Of a stretch of 64,000 bases of DNA, positions 40,778-50,794 are shown piece by piece (position 1 is the first letter of the stretch; each line of letters opens with the position of its first letter). The stretch covers positions 354,950,001 through 355,014,000 of the forward strand of contig OZ024743.1 in the NCBI GenBank assembly GCA_964016885.1. The letters are read 5' to 3'. The notes beneath the pieces were generated by a model that worked only from the letters and a program-made list of their open reading frames with translations, had not been told where the DNA came from and did not search any database. The position numbers and the translations under genes were made by a program. Origin of the DNA: Eledone cirrhosa. Taxonomy: Eukaryota.

Positions 40778-40992
40778 GTTGTTTTTTGTTTAAAATGAAA
40801 TTTTGGGTACAAAACCCCAATAACTGGTTATTTAACCCCGAAGGGCCAAATAACGGACAGAAAGACCCCTCTCACGAGGTGGAGGGTGTCTTTATCAACA
40901 ATTTGGTTCAAGTTTTAAACAATTTACAATTGTTTTAACGGTTAAAAATTACTATACCTTACAGAGCCGAGCCTCCGTCAACCATGGCATTC

Positions 40993-41031
<39 letters not shown>
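40993..41031. repeat. (AAT)13 spacer between copies 1 and 2
   Basis: Directly read. Confidence 0.99.
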
Positions 41032-41033
<2 letters not shown>

Positions 41034-41294
41034 TTTCTTTATTAACCACAAGGGTTTACATAAAGTAGACATTAAGGACAGTGCAGGACAATGCAGGACG
41101 GTACAAATGGGCATTTCTGCGTGTAAAAAAACAAAAACAGAGGATGTAACAAAAATAACAATGAAAATAACAATGAAAAATTCCCCAATAGGGGGGGAGA
41201 CTTCGGAGGGACATTTGTGGAGAAAGCCCAGTAAAAAGCCACAATGACCCTGACCACCAAGGCAAGTGCCCTCTCCCAGTTTTCCACCTTTAGT

Positions 41295-44200
41295 TTACAG
41301 ATATATACTCAGAGTCGGCCCATTCACTCGGGCCATTCTTGCTTCTCTCACCCATCTTTCAACAAAATGCTGGGAAGAGAGGACTTCCTTCTCTACTCTG
41401 ATTTTCCTTTTCAAATGAAATTTGAAAAAGTCAATCAGAGCATCACCGAAGAGGTAAGTGCTCGTCTTCAGCCCTTTCAAACGTGTCCACCATACTATCT
41501 CTTTCGCCATGGCCACCAGACAGATAAAAACTGCCTGCCCTTCCCGGCTAAAGGAGGAGGGCGGGGCAATCCTCACGATAGACTCAGATGATAGCTGGAT
41601 CCGTCCTAAACGCGACAGCAGGTGTTCGACATAAACCCACAAGTCAGCAATTTTCGGACACTGGACGAGTGCGTGCAGGACGGTTTCGTCGCCCTGCGCG
41701 CATCTCGGACATGCCCGGCTGACGGCACCTCCATGCCTGTAGAGTTTATCCCGAACTGGCAAGGCTCCTCGGTAGCACTGCCAGGCCAGAGATTTCTGGA
41801 AGTTGTCCATAGGCCCTGGCCCGAAAGTTCTTCCGAAGAGATTGGCTAGTTGATTTTCGTCGACGCCTAGAGTTTCCCCAAGTACGTCGTCGCTCTTCCC
41901 CTCCACTAATCCTCTATAGAACGCCGAGGTGGAGTTTCCACCGATCACATTGCCCGATTGGTCGAGGGCTGTGAGCGCCTGAAGACATTCCAGTCTCCAG
42001 GCGCTCCCTCTCGGTCTTCGCTTGACCCAGGACTGCAGCTCCGTCAAGGAAACGAGCTGGGGAAAAACGCGTCTAGCAAACGGCGACCACACCTGATCAC
42101 CGTCGAGGAAGAGGTGGAGATGTCGTAGCCTGAGCGCGTGCCTGCGCATCATCAGCCACGGCATGCCCAGCCCTCCACGTAGCGGGTGTTGACAACAGAT
42201 GGACCGCCTGACCATCGGAGCACGTCCCTTCCACAAAAAGCGAAAGAGCAAACGCTCCAGCGCAGTCAGGCGAGGCTTAGGACAAGGTACGACGGTTAGG
42301 CGGTAGCAGATGACAGACGCGATGTACGCGTTAGCCACCTCCGCTCGACCTTTCAGGGATAGCTTCCTCTCCGCCCATTTCTGGGTGAGAGAAGCCACCC
42401 TGCTCGTCACCTCGTCCCAGTTTTTGTCCGTCTGGAGGTCCGGACCGAACCAGACCCCTAGCAATTTAACCGGTCCGTCCGTCCAGCGCCCGACGACGCT
42501 GTTGGACGGCATGGACCTGCCTCTCCAGGTGCCGAGCTGCAGGCCCACTGACTTTTCCTGGTTGATCATTGCTCCTGTCACCGCTTCGTATTCTCTTAGT
42601 GTAGTGCCGATCGCCTCGATGTGTTTGGCGTTCGACACCACTACGGTGACATCGTCGGCATATGCTGACACGGATCTTCCGCATCCTAGTTCGCGCGGGA
42701 CTCCCCTCAACGTCTCCAGTTTGTGCAGTAATGGCTCGAGAGTCAATACGTACAAGAGGGACGAGAGGGGACATCCTTGGCGGACCGAGCGCATGATGTT
42801 GAACGGTTCCGACAGGTGACCGTTCACTCTCACCACAGAGCAGATGTCGCTGTGCATGGCAGCGATCCAGCCTCTGAAGACGGGCCCAAAGCCAGCCGCC
42901 CTCAGGACTGCCCCTAGGTAACGATGGTCGACCCTATCGAAAGCTTTCGACTGATCTAAATTGATCAAGGACCCACCCGTGCCAGGTTCCCTAGCTACCC
43001 TCTCTACGATGTATCGCATGAGGTGGAGGTTGTCGTGGATGGATCTGTCGGGGATGGCGCATGTCTGCGCCTCTCCCACCAGACCACCAACGACAAGCGC
43101 CAACCTCTTTGCTAGCACCTTGGCCAAAATCTTAAACTCTGTGTTTAGCAGAGTTATGGGCCGGAAATTGTCTATGTTATCCCCCTTGTTCGGATCCTTT
43201 CTCAGCAGTGCCACCGCTCCTCGGCTCACAGAACTGGGAATTCTCCCGTTCTGTTGCCAGTTGCAGTAGACGTCCGCCAAGAGGCCTCCGAACAAGTCTG
43301 GCATCTGTACGTAAAGTTCATAGGGCAGACCATCCAAACCAGGCGATTTACCCCTTGTGCAGCCAGTCATTGCCTCCCGTATTTCAGCGGCTGTTATCGG
43401 CTTTTCGCAACACCTCGCCTCAGTGGCCGAGAGCCGCGGCAGTCCGTCGAGGTAGACACTAAAGTCCATCCCTCTACCCGGCCCCCCGCTGCCCCCGAAC
43501 AGCTGAGCGAAGTGTCGCTGAAAAGCTTCACACATTTGCCCGGGATCGAGTAGCATGCGCCCGTCGTGGTCCACCAAAGACCGGATCGTGGCTTTGTTGC
43601 CACGACGCGCCTCCGCCACTCGGGCCCATTGAACGGCTTTCGTCCCCTCGTGTCTGAGAGCACGCACCCTAGCTCTGACAACGCAGCCTTCGTGCTTTGC
43701 ATTGAAGAATTGGTCAAGGGCCAATTTCGCCGCAAGCACGTCGGTCGCAATGCCTTTGCTAAGCGCCTCGTCTAATTTTCTAACTAGTTCTCCCTCTGCT
43801 CTATTTTTCTCTATTGCTAAAGCCTTACTAAACCTAATCGATTCTATTCTAATCGCTCTTTTCAGAGCAAACCACCACTTGTTGTTGACGATGGCCCCCG
43901 TCAACGCCCGCTTAACTAGTTCGCTAATCCGGTCTCTGTAGGCCTTGCGCGCTGGTAAGGACGCGTTTAGCTTCCAGTAGCCGGGTCCTCGTCTATGAAG
44001 CCTATCTAAGTCAAGCACACAGGTCACGAATTTGTGGTCCGTGTAGCTGACTATCTTGAATTGTGGACAGCCTATGCTAGACCTATCTATTTCCCTACAA
44101 AATACTCTATCTAGATATGATCTGGATGACCCTATGCGGTTTGTCCAAGTCCACATTGGCACATTCGGGAAATCCAATCGGTACCTGTCAGACAGTTCAA

Positions 44201-44714
44201 AACGCCTGAGCAGGTTGGTGAGGCTCTTGCACCCTCCACCCCTATCCGCTAATCCCACACAGTCCCAGCGTGCATCTAAGATCCCGTTCCAGTCGCCCAC
44301 TAACACTAAAGAGCGGGACGTTCCAAGAAAGGTCTCCAGACGCCGGAAGAAATCAGGCCGCCCTGCTCCTGTCGGGGCATAGACGGCCACTAGCCTGAAA
44401 GCTTGCCCGTCTCCGCTGGTCACGTCCAGCACCACCAGCTTACCCTCTGGGTCCAGGAAGATGGCCCGTATTGCGAGATCCAAACCTCTCCGAAAAAGCA
44501 CAGCAACTCCTCCACCGGATCCAGGACGGCTGGGAGATGCGTACACATCGTAGCCGCCGAAGATCGGTGCGAAGGCCCGTGCTTCGGAGATTCTGGTCTC
44601 GCTGATGGCCACTACATCTATGTTTAGTGACCTGAGGTCGTTGAGCAGGTGACCCTGCTTCCATGACGACCCCAAGCCACGCGCATTTATGCTGCCTATT
44701 CTGAGTGAGGTCAT
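41295..44714 (-). CDS. ORF2 APE-RT (1139 aa), copy 2
   Basis: Intact, with the same motifs as copy 1. Confidence 0.97.
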   Translation of the reverse strand: MTSLRIGSINARGLGSSWKQGHLLNDLRSLNIDVVAISETRISEARAFAPIFGGYDVYASPSRPGSGGGVAVLFRRGLDLAIRAIFLDPEGKLVVLDVTSGDGQAFRLVAVYAPTGAGRPDFFRRLETFLGTSRSLVLVGDWNGILDARWDCVGLADRGGGCKSLTNLLRRFELSDRYRLDFPNVPMWTWTNRIGSSRSYLDRVFCREIDRSSIGCPQFKIVSYTDHKFVTCVLDLDRLHRRGPGYWKLNASLPARKAYRDRISELVKRALTGAIVNNKWWFALKRAIRIESIRFSKALAIEKNRAEGELVRKLDEALSKGIATDVLAAKLALDQFFNAKHEGCVVRARVRALRHEGTKAVQWARVAEARRGNKATIRSLVDHDGRMLLDPGQMCEAFQRHFAQLFGGSGGPGRGMDFSVYLDGLPRLSATEARCCEKPITAAEIREAMTGCTRGKSPGLDGLPYELYVQMPDLFGGLLADVYCNWQQNGRIPSSVSRGAVALLRKDPNKGDNIDNFRPITLLNTEFKILAKVLAKRLALVVGGLVGEAQTCAIPDRSIHDNLHLMRYIVERVAREPGTGGSLINLDQSKAFDRVDHRYLGAVLRAAGFGPVFRGWIAAMHSDICSVVRVNGHLSEPFNIMRSVRQGCPLSSLLYVLTLEPLLHKLETLRGVPRELGCGRSVSAYADDVTVVVSNAKHIEAIGTTLREYEAVTGAMINQEKSVGLQLGTWRGRSMPSNSVVGRWTDGPVKLLGVWFGPDLQTDKNWDEVTSRVASLTQKWAERKLSLKGRAEVANAYIASVICYRLTVVPCPKPRLTALERLLFRFLWKGRAPMVRRSICCQHPLRGGLGMPWLMMRRHALRLRHLHLFLDGDQVWSPFARRVFPQLVSLTELQSWVKRRPRGSAWRLECLQALTALDQSGNVIGGNSTSAFYRGLVEGKSDDVLGETLGVDENQLANLFGRTFGPGPMDNFQKSLAWQCYRGALPVRDKLYRHGGAVSRACPRCAQGDETVLHALVQCPKIADLWVYVEHLLSRLGRIQLSSESIVRIAPPSSFSREGQAVFICLVAMAKEIVWWTRLKGLKTSTYLFGDALIDFFKFHLKRKIRVEKEVLSSQHFVERWVREARMARVNGPTLSIYL

Positions 44715-44749
44715 GTTTAAAATAGAGTGGAAAAGATGGGAAAGACCAC

Positions 44750-46816
44750 TTACCGTACTTTTGGTAGAGGAGGGATGGTTTTTACATCCCTTTTCACTTG
44801 ATCGTCTGGTGAAGGGACCGTTGAATCGTCCCTTCGGCTGGTCGTCGGCTCTTCTAAGAGAATGTCTGAATATACTCTTCGATTAATGGTTCCTCCTAGG
44901 TCCCTGAAATCACCAACAGCGTTGGGGAATTTCGTTTTAATGTTTGTGTATTGTTTCTGTGCTATTTTTAGCAGTCTTATGTTAGTTGGCGTTTTGATTG
45001 GTGCTGGTATTATGTAGTCCTGTTGTGAAATGTCTGTGTGTTCAATTATGTAAGTCATTAGTTTCTTGTTGTGTGTGTTTATTGCCGTGCATTTGTTTTT
45101 CTGGGGGTGGGGTGTGGTTCTGCTATTTTCTTGTCGTTGTTGCTGGGTGTGTGTGTTTTGTTGTTGTGTTTGCGATGTTGGTGCTTGTGGTGGTGGTGTT
45201 GAAGGTGTTGTTGGCGGTGGGGTTGTCGCGGGTGGTGATGGTGGTGCTGGTGTGGGTGGTGATGGTGTTGGTGGTGTTGCTGCTGTGGGTCTCTTTGCAG
45301 TAGACTTTACCCTTTTCTCATTTCTTTCCTCCCTTTTCAAAGGCGACGATGCGCTGCTTCTGCGTTTGTGCCTTCTTACGACCTTTTGCCATCTCTCTCC
45401 CACCTCACACTCCATGTCTGATTCTGTGAGGTCGGGGAGGGGTACCAACTCCACTCTTTCACTTGTTGTTGTTGGTGATGTTTGCACTGGAGTCTCTGTT
45501 GCAGCTGCATTTGGTATTGCTGTTGTTGTTGTTAATATTTCCACTGCTGCTGCTGTTTTTGATTTCCGTGGAGTGGGTATGGGTGCCACGGGCCTATCGT
45601 TCCTGGTTGCCGCTTGTCCTGTTGCTGGTAGCCGTGGAGCCGGATTCGGAAGGAGGGGGGTTTTCTCCTTTCTCAGGGTCTTCTCGTTGCAGAAGGCCCT
45701 GAGGTGAGTCTTCGATCCACAGCGAAAGCATTTCGGGCGTTTGCCCTCAACACTTATGGGCAGTTGAGTGCCGTTATCGAAGTCTATCACATCCGGGATA
45801 GCTTCGATGCACTCCTGGTTGGTTTGGATTAGCATCTCAATGGAGGAGCCGACCCAATCTTCTCTTACTTTTTTCTGTACTTGCAGTACAGTTGTTTTGT
45901 CCTCGATTCCGACGAGGACAGACGCGGCCAGCCAAGAAGGGGTCATTCCGGGGGGGACGTGGGTCAGTTTGACCCTCACAATTTTTTGCCCGCAGTAGGA
46001 GGGCACCAACACCATTTCCTCGCTCCTTAGGGTCACTACTGATTGGGCCTTTGCCTCCTGGGGTGTGGCAAAAAGTACGTCTACGGTGGCATATTTTTTG
46101 CCTCGGGTGATGTGCGTTTTCCGCTGCCACACAGACCCCAAGGCTTTTTGTATTTGGGCCTCTGTGGCTCTTTCCACCCTACGGGATTTTGTACTTACTG
46201 TACGGTACGTGACCGTACAGTGCTCTTGGGTTTTGAAAAATTTTTCCGCTGCCTTGCAGATTGCTCGGTGTCCGTTCTTTGTCACCATCTTCTTCGCTTC
46301 CTCTAATTCCTCATTTGTTATGAGGATTGTTTCCAAGTTTTTCGCAATACCTGCAAATGAGATTGGTTTTTCTCTGCTGTTGTTGTTGTCGTCAGAGCTG
46401 CTGGTACTTTTGTTGTTGCTGCAGGTACTACGACTACTGCCTCCGCCGCTGTTGCTGTGGTTGTTGTTGGTGTTGCTGGTGATGCTGTTGCGGCTGCTAC
46501 TGTTGTTTTCATTGTCACTGTTGCTGTTGTTATTACGGCTGCTACTGCTATTATTCCTGACGTCAGACGAATGAACTGGGTTTTCGTATTTCCCGCACAC
46601 CTGTTTCGTCGCTGTCGTCGTCGTCGTGGAGAAACCTTGCACGCTTTGCACGAGACTTTTCTTTTCTTTCGTCACTTGCGAAAGAGAAGGGAGGGAGAGA
46701 GACACATTTAAAGAAGGGAGGGAGAGAGACAATCTTCTCTCTGCTGTAGTGATGATTGAGGAAGAAGAAGACGGAATGAGTGGGAGTGACGTATGAAATT
46801 TCTTTTTTGTAGCCAT
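44750..46816 (-). CDS. ORF1 (688 aa), copy 2
   Basis: Intact, with the CCHC knuckle. Confidence 0.93.
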   Translation of the reverse strand: MATKKKFHTSLPLIPSSSSSIITTAERRLSLSLPSLNVSLSLPSLSQVTKEKKSLVQSVQGFSTTTTTATKQVCGKYENPVHSSDVRNNSSSSRNNNSNSDNENNSSSRNSITSNTNNNHSNSGGGSSRSTCSNNKSTSSSDDNNNSREKPISFAGIAKNLETILITNEELEEAKKMVTKNGHRAICKAAEKFFKTQEHCTVTYRTVSTKSRRVERATEAQIQKALGSVWQRKTHITRGKKYATVDVLFATPQEAKAQSVVTLRSEEMVLVPSYCGQKIVRVKLTHVPPGMTPSWLAASVLVGIEDKTTVLQVQKKVREDWVGSSIEMLIQTNQECIEAIPDVIDFDNGTQLPISVEGKRPKCFRCGSKTHLRAFCNEKTLRKEKTPLLPNPAPRLPATGQAATRNDRPVAPIPTPRKSKTAAAVEILTTTTAIPNAAATETPVQTSPTTTSERVELVPLPDLTESDMECEVGERWQKVVRRHKRRSSASSPLKREERNEKRVKSTAKRPTAATPPTPSPPTPAPPSPPATTPPPTTPSTPPPQAPTSQTQQQNTHTQQQRQENSRTTPHPQKNKCTAINTHNKKLMTYIIEHTDISQQDYIIPAPIKTPTNIRLLKIAQKQYTNIKTKFPNAVGDFRDLGGTINRRVYSDILLEEPTTSRRDDSTVPSPDDQVKRDVKTIPPLPKVR

Positions 46817-47031
46817 GTTGTTTTTTGTTTAAAATGAAATTTTGGGTACAAAACCCCAATAACTGGTTATTTAACCCCGAAGGGCCAAATAACGGACAGA
46901 AAGACCCCTCTCACGAGGTGGAGGGTGTCTTTATCAACAATTTGGTTCAAGTTTTAAACAATTTACAATTGTTTTAACGGTTAAAAATTACTATACCTTA
47001 CAGAGCCGAGCCTCCGTCAACCATGGCATTC

Positions 47032-47076
<45 letters not shown>
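47032..47076. repeat. (AAT)15 spacer between copies 2 and 3
   Basis: Directly read. Confidence 0.99.
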
Positions 47077-47078
<2 letters not shown>

Positions 47079-47339
47079 TTTCTTTATTAACCACAAGGGT
47101 TTACATAAAGTAGACATTAAGGACAGTGCAGGACAATGCAGGACGGTACAAATGGGCATTTCTGCGTGTAAAAAAAACAAAAACAGAGGATGTAACAAAA
47201 ATAACAATGAAAATAACAATGAAAAATTCCCCAATAGGGGGGAGACTTCGGAGGGACATTTGTGGAGAAAGCCCAGTAAAAAGCCACAATGACCCTGACC
47301 ACCAAGGCAAGTGCCCTCTCCCAGTTTTCCACCTTTAGT

Positions 47340-50300
47340 TTACAGATATATACTCAGAGTCGGCCCATTCACTCGGGCCATTCTTGCTTCTCTCACCCAT
47401 CTTTCAACAAAATGCTGGGAAGAGAGCACTTCCTTCTCTACTCTGATTTTCCTTTTCAAATGAAATTTGAAAAAGTCAATCAGAGCATCACCGAAGAGGT
47501 AAGTGCTCGTCTTCAGCCCTTTCAAACGTGTCCACCATACTATCTCTTTCGCCATGGCCACCAGACAGATAAAAACTGCCTGCCCTTCCCGGCTAAAGGA
47601 AGAGGGCGGGGCAATCCTCACGATAGACTCAGATGATAGCTGGATCCGTCCTAAACGCGACAGCAGGTGTTCGACATAAACCCACAAGTCAGCAATTTTC
47701 GGACACTGGACGAGTGCGTGCAGGACGGTTTCGTCGCCCTGCGCGCATCTCGGACATGCCCGGCTGACGGCACCTCCATGCCTGTAGAGTTTATCCCGAA
47801 CTGGCAAGGCTCCTCGGTAGCACTGCCAGGCCAGAGATTTCTGGAAGTTGTCCATAGGCCCCGGCCCGAAAGTTCTTCCGAAGAGATTGGCTAGTTGATT
47901 TTCGTCGACGCCTAGAGTTTCCCCAAGTACGTCGTCGCTCTTCCCCTCCACTAATCCTCTATAGAACGCCGAGGTGGAGTTTCCACCGATCACATTGCCC
48001 GATTGGTCGAGGGCTGTGAGCGCCTGAAGACATTCCAGTCTCCAGGCGCTCCCTCTCGGTCTTCGCTTGACCCAGGACTGCAGCTCCGTCAAGGAAACGA
48101 GCTGGGGAAAAACGCGTCTAGCAAACGGCGACCACACCTGATCACCGTCGAGGAAGAGGTGGAGATGTCGTAGCCTGAGCGCGTGCCTGCGCATCATCAG
48201 CCACGGCATGCCCAGCCCTCCACGTAGCGGGTGTTGACAACAGATGGACCGCCTGACCATCGGAGCACGTCCCTTCCACAAAAAGCGAAAGAGCAAACGC
48301 TCCAGCGCAGTCAGGCGAGGCTTAGGACAAGGTACGACGGTTAGGCGGTAGCAGATGACAGACGCGATGTACGCGTTAGCCACCTCCGCTCGACCTTTCA
48401 GGGATAGCTTCCTCTCCGCCCATTTCTGGGTGAGAGAAGCCACCCTGCTCGTCACCTCGTCCCAGTTTTTGTCCGTCTGGAGGTCCGGACCGAACCAGAC
48501 CCCTAGCAATTTAACCGGTCCGTCCGTCCAGCGCCCGACGACGCTGTTGGACGGCATGGACCTGCCTCTCCAGGTGCCGAGCTGCAGGCCCACTGACTTT
48601 TCCTGGTTGATCATTGCTCCTGTCACTGCTTCGTATTCTCTTAGTGTAGTGCCGATCGCCTCGATGTGTTTGGCGTTCGACACCACTACGGTGACATCGT
48701 CCGCATATGCTGACACGGATCTTCCGCATCCTAGTTCGCGCGGGACTCCCCTCAACGTCTCCAGTTTGTGCAGTAATGGCTCGAGAGTCAATACGTACAA
48801 GAGGGACGAGAGGGGACATCCTTGGCGGACCGAGCGCATGATGTTGAACGGTTCCGACAGGTGACCGTTCACTCTCACCACAGAGCAGATGTCGCTGTGC
48901 ATGGCAGCGATCCAGCCTCTGAAGACGGGCCCAAAGCCAGCCGCCCTCAGGACTGCCGCTAGGTAACGATGGTCGACCCTATCGAAAGCTTTCGACTGAT
49001 CTAAATTGATCAAGGACCCACCCGTGCCAGGTTCCCTAGCTACCCTCTCTACGATGTATCGCATGAGGTGGAGGTTGTCGTGGATGGATCTGTCGGGAAT
49101 GGCGCATGTCTGCGCCTCTCCCACCAGACCACCAACGACAAGCGCCAACCTCTTTGCTAGCACCTTGGCCAAAATCTTAAACTCTGTGTTTAGCAGAGTT
49201 ATGGGCCGGAAATTGTCTATGTTATCCCCCTTGTTCGGATCCTTTCTCAGCAGTGCCACCGCTCCTCGGCTCACAGAACTGGGAATTCTCCCGTTCTGTT
49301 GCCAGTTGCAGTAGACGTCCGCCAAGAGGCCTCCGAACAAGTCTGGCATCTGTACGTAAAGTTCATAGGGCAGACCATCCAAACCAGGCGATTTACCCCT
49401 TGTGCAGCCAGTCATTGCCTCCCGTACTTCAGCGGCTGTTATTGGCTTTTCGCAACACTTCGCCTCAGTGGCCGAGAGCCGCGGCAGTCCGTCGAGGTAG
49501 ACACTAAAGTCCATCCCTCTACCCGGCCCCCCGCTGCCCCCGAAAAGCTGAGCGAAGTGTCGCTGAAAAGCTTCACACATTTGCCCGGGATCGAGTAGCA
49601 TGCGCCCGTCGTGGTCCACCAAAGACCGGATCGTGGCTTTGTTGCCACGACGCGCCTCCGCCACTCGGGCCCATTGAACGGCTTTCGTCCCCTCGTGTCT
49701 GAGAGCACGCACCCTAGCTCTGACAACGCAGCCTTCGTGCTTTGCATTGAAGAATTGGTCAAGGGCCAATTTCGCCGCAAGCACGTCGGTCGCAATGCCT
49801 TTGCTAAGCGCCTCGTCTAATTTTCTAACTAGTTCTCCCTCTGCTCTATTTTTCTCTATTGCTAAAGCCTTACTAAACCTAATCGATTCTATTCTAATCG
49901 CTCTTTTCAGAGCAAACCACCACTTGTTGTTGACGATGGCCCCCGTCAACGCCCGCTTAACTAGTTCGCTAATCCGGTCTCTGTAGGCCTTGCGCGCTGG
50001 TAAGGACGCGTTTAGCTTCCAGTAGCCGGGTCCTCGTCTATGAAGCCTATCTAAGTCAAGCACACAGGTCACGAATTTGTGGTCCGTGTAGCTGACTATC
50101 TTGAATTGTGGACAGCCTATGCTAGACCTATCTATTTCCCTACAAAATACTCTATCTAGATATGATCTGGATGACCCTATGCGGTTTGTCCAAGTCCACA
50201 TTGGCACATTCGGGAAATCCAATCGGTACCTGTCAGACAGTTCAAAACGCCTGAGCAGGTTGGTGAGGCTCTTGCACCCTCCACCCCTATCCGCTAATCC

Positions 50301-50759
50301 CACACAGTCCCAGCGTGCATCTAAGATCCCGTTCCAGTCGCCCACTAACACTAAAGAGCGGGACGTTCCAAGAAAGGTCTCCAGACGCCGGAAGAAATCA
50401 GGCCGCCCTGCTCCTGTCGGGGCATAGACGGCCACTAGCCTGAAAGCTTGCCCGTCTCCGCTGGTCACGTCCAGCACCACCAGCTTACCCTCTGGGTCCA
50501 GGAAGATGGCCCGTATGGCGAGATCCAAACCTCTCCGAAAAAGCACAGCAACTCCTCCACCGGATCCAGGACGGCTGGGAGATGCGTACACATCGTAGCC
50601 GCCGAAGATCGGTGCGAAGGCCCGTGCTTCGGAGATTCTGGTCTCGCTGATGGCCACTACATCTATGTTTAGTGACCTGAGGTCGTTGAGCAGGTGACCC
50701 TGCTTCCATGACGACCCCAAGCCACGCGCATTTATGCTGCCTATTCTGAGTGAGGTCAT
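47340..50759 (-). CDS. ORF2 APE-RT (1139 aa), copy 3
   Basis: Intact. Confidence 0.97.
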   Translation of the reverse strand: MTSLRIGSINARGLGSSWKQGHLLNDLRSLNIDVVAISETRISEARAFAPIFGGYDVYASPSRPGSGGGVAVLFRRGLDLAIRAIFLDPEGKLVVLDVTSGDGQAFRLVAVYAPTGAGRPDFFRRLETFLGTSRSLVLVGDWNGILDARWDCVGLADRGGGCKSLTNLLRRFELSDRYRLDFPNVPMWTWTNRIGSSRSYLDRVFCREIDRSSIGCPQFKIVSYTDHKFVTCVLDLDRLHRRGPGYWKLNASLPARKAYRDRISELVKRALTGAIVNNKWWFALKRAIRIESIRFSKALAIEKNRAEGELVRKLDEALSKGIATDVLAAKLALDQFFNAKHEGCVVRARVRALRHEGTKAVQWARVAEARRGNKATIRSLVDHDGRMLLDPGQMCEAFQRHFAQLFGGSGGPGRGMDFSVYLDGLPRLSATEAKCCEKPITAAEVREAMTGCTRGKSPGLDGLPYELYVQMPDLFGGLLADVYCNWQQNGRIPSSVSRGAVALLRKDPNKGDNIDNFRPITLLNTEFKILAKVLAKRLALVVGGLVGEAQTCAIPDRSIHDNLHLMRYIVERVAREPGTGGSLINLDQSKAFDRVDHRYLAAVLRAAGFGPVFRGWIAAMHSDICSVVRVNGHLSEPFNIMRSVRQGCPLSSLLYVLTLEPLLHKLETLRGVPRELGCGRSVSAYADDVTVVVSNAKHIEAIGTTLREYEAVTGAMINQEKSVGLQLGTWRGRSMPSNSVVGRWTDGPVKLLGVWFGPDLQTDKNWDEVTSRVASLTQKWAERKLSLKGRAEVANAYIASVICYRLTVVPCPKPRLTALERLLFRFLWKGRAPMVRRSICCQHPLRGGLGMPWLMMRRHALRLRHLHLFLDGDQVWSPFARRVFPQLVSLTELQSWVKRRPRGSAWRLECLQALTALDQSGNVIGGNSTSAFYRGLVEGKSDDVLGETLGVDENQLANLFGRTFGPGPMDNFQKSLAWQCYRGALPVRDKLYRHGGAVSRACPRCAQGDETVLHALVQCPKIADLWVYVEHLLSRLGRIQLSSESIVRIAPPSSFSREGQAVFICLVAMAKEIVWWTRLKGLKTSTYLFGDALIDFFKFHLKRKIRVEKEVLSSQHFVERWVREARMARVNGPTLSIYL

Positions 50760-50794
50760 GTTTAAAATAGAGTGGAAAAGATGGGAAAGACCAC

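Larger units (their letters stand above)
34993..40992 (-). mobile_element. Full-length Tx1/L1-clade non-LTR retrotransposon, copy 1 (6000 bp)
   Basis: 215-nt 5' UTR starting GAATGCCATGG, ORF1, ORF2, 263-nt 3' UTR with AATAAA; (AAT)n at both ends. Confidence 0.97.
41032..47031 (-). mobile_element. Full-length Tx1-clade element, copy 2 (6000 bp)
   Basis: Near-identical to copy 1 with the same termini. Confidence 0.97.
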
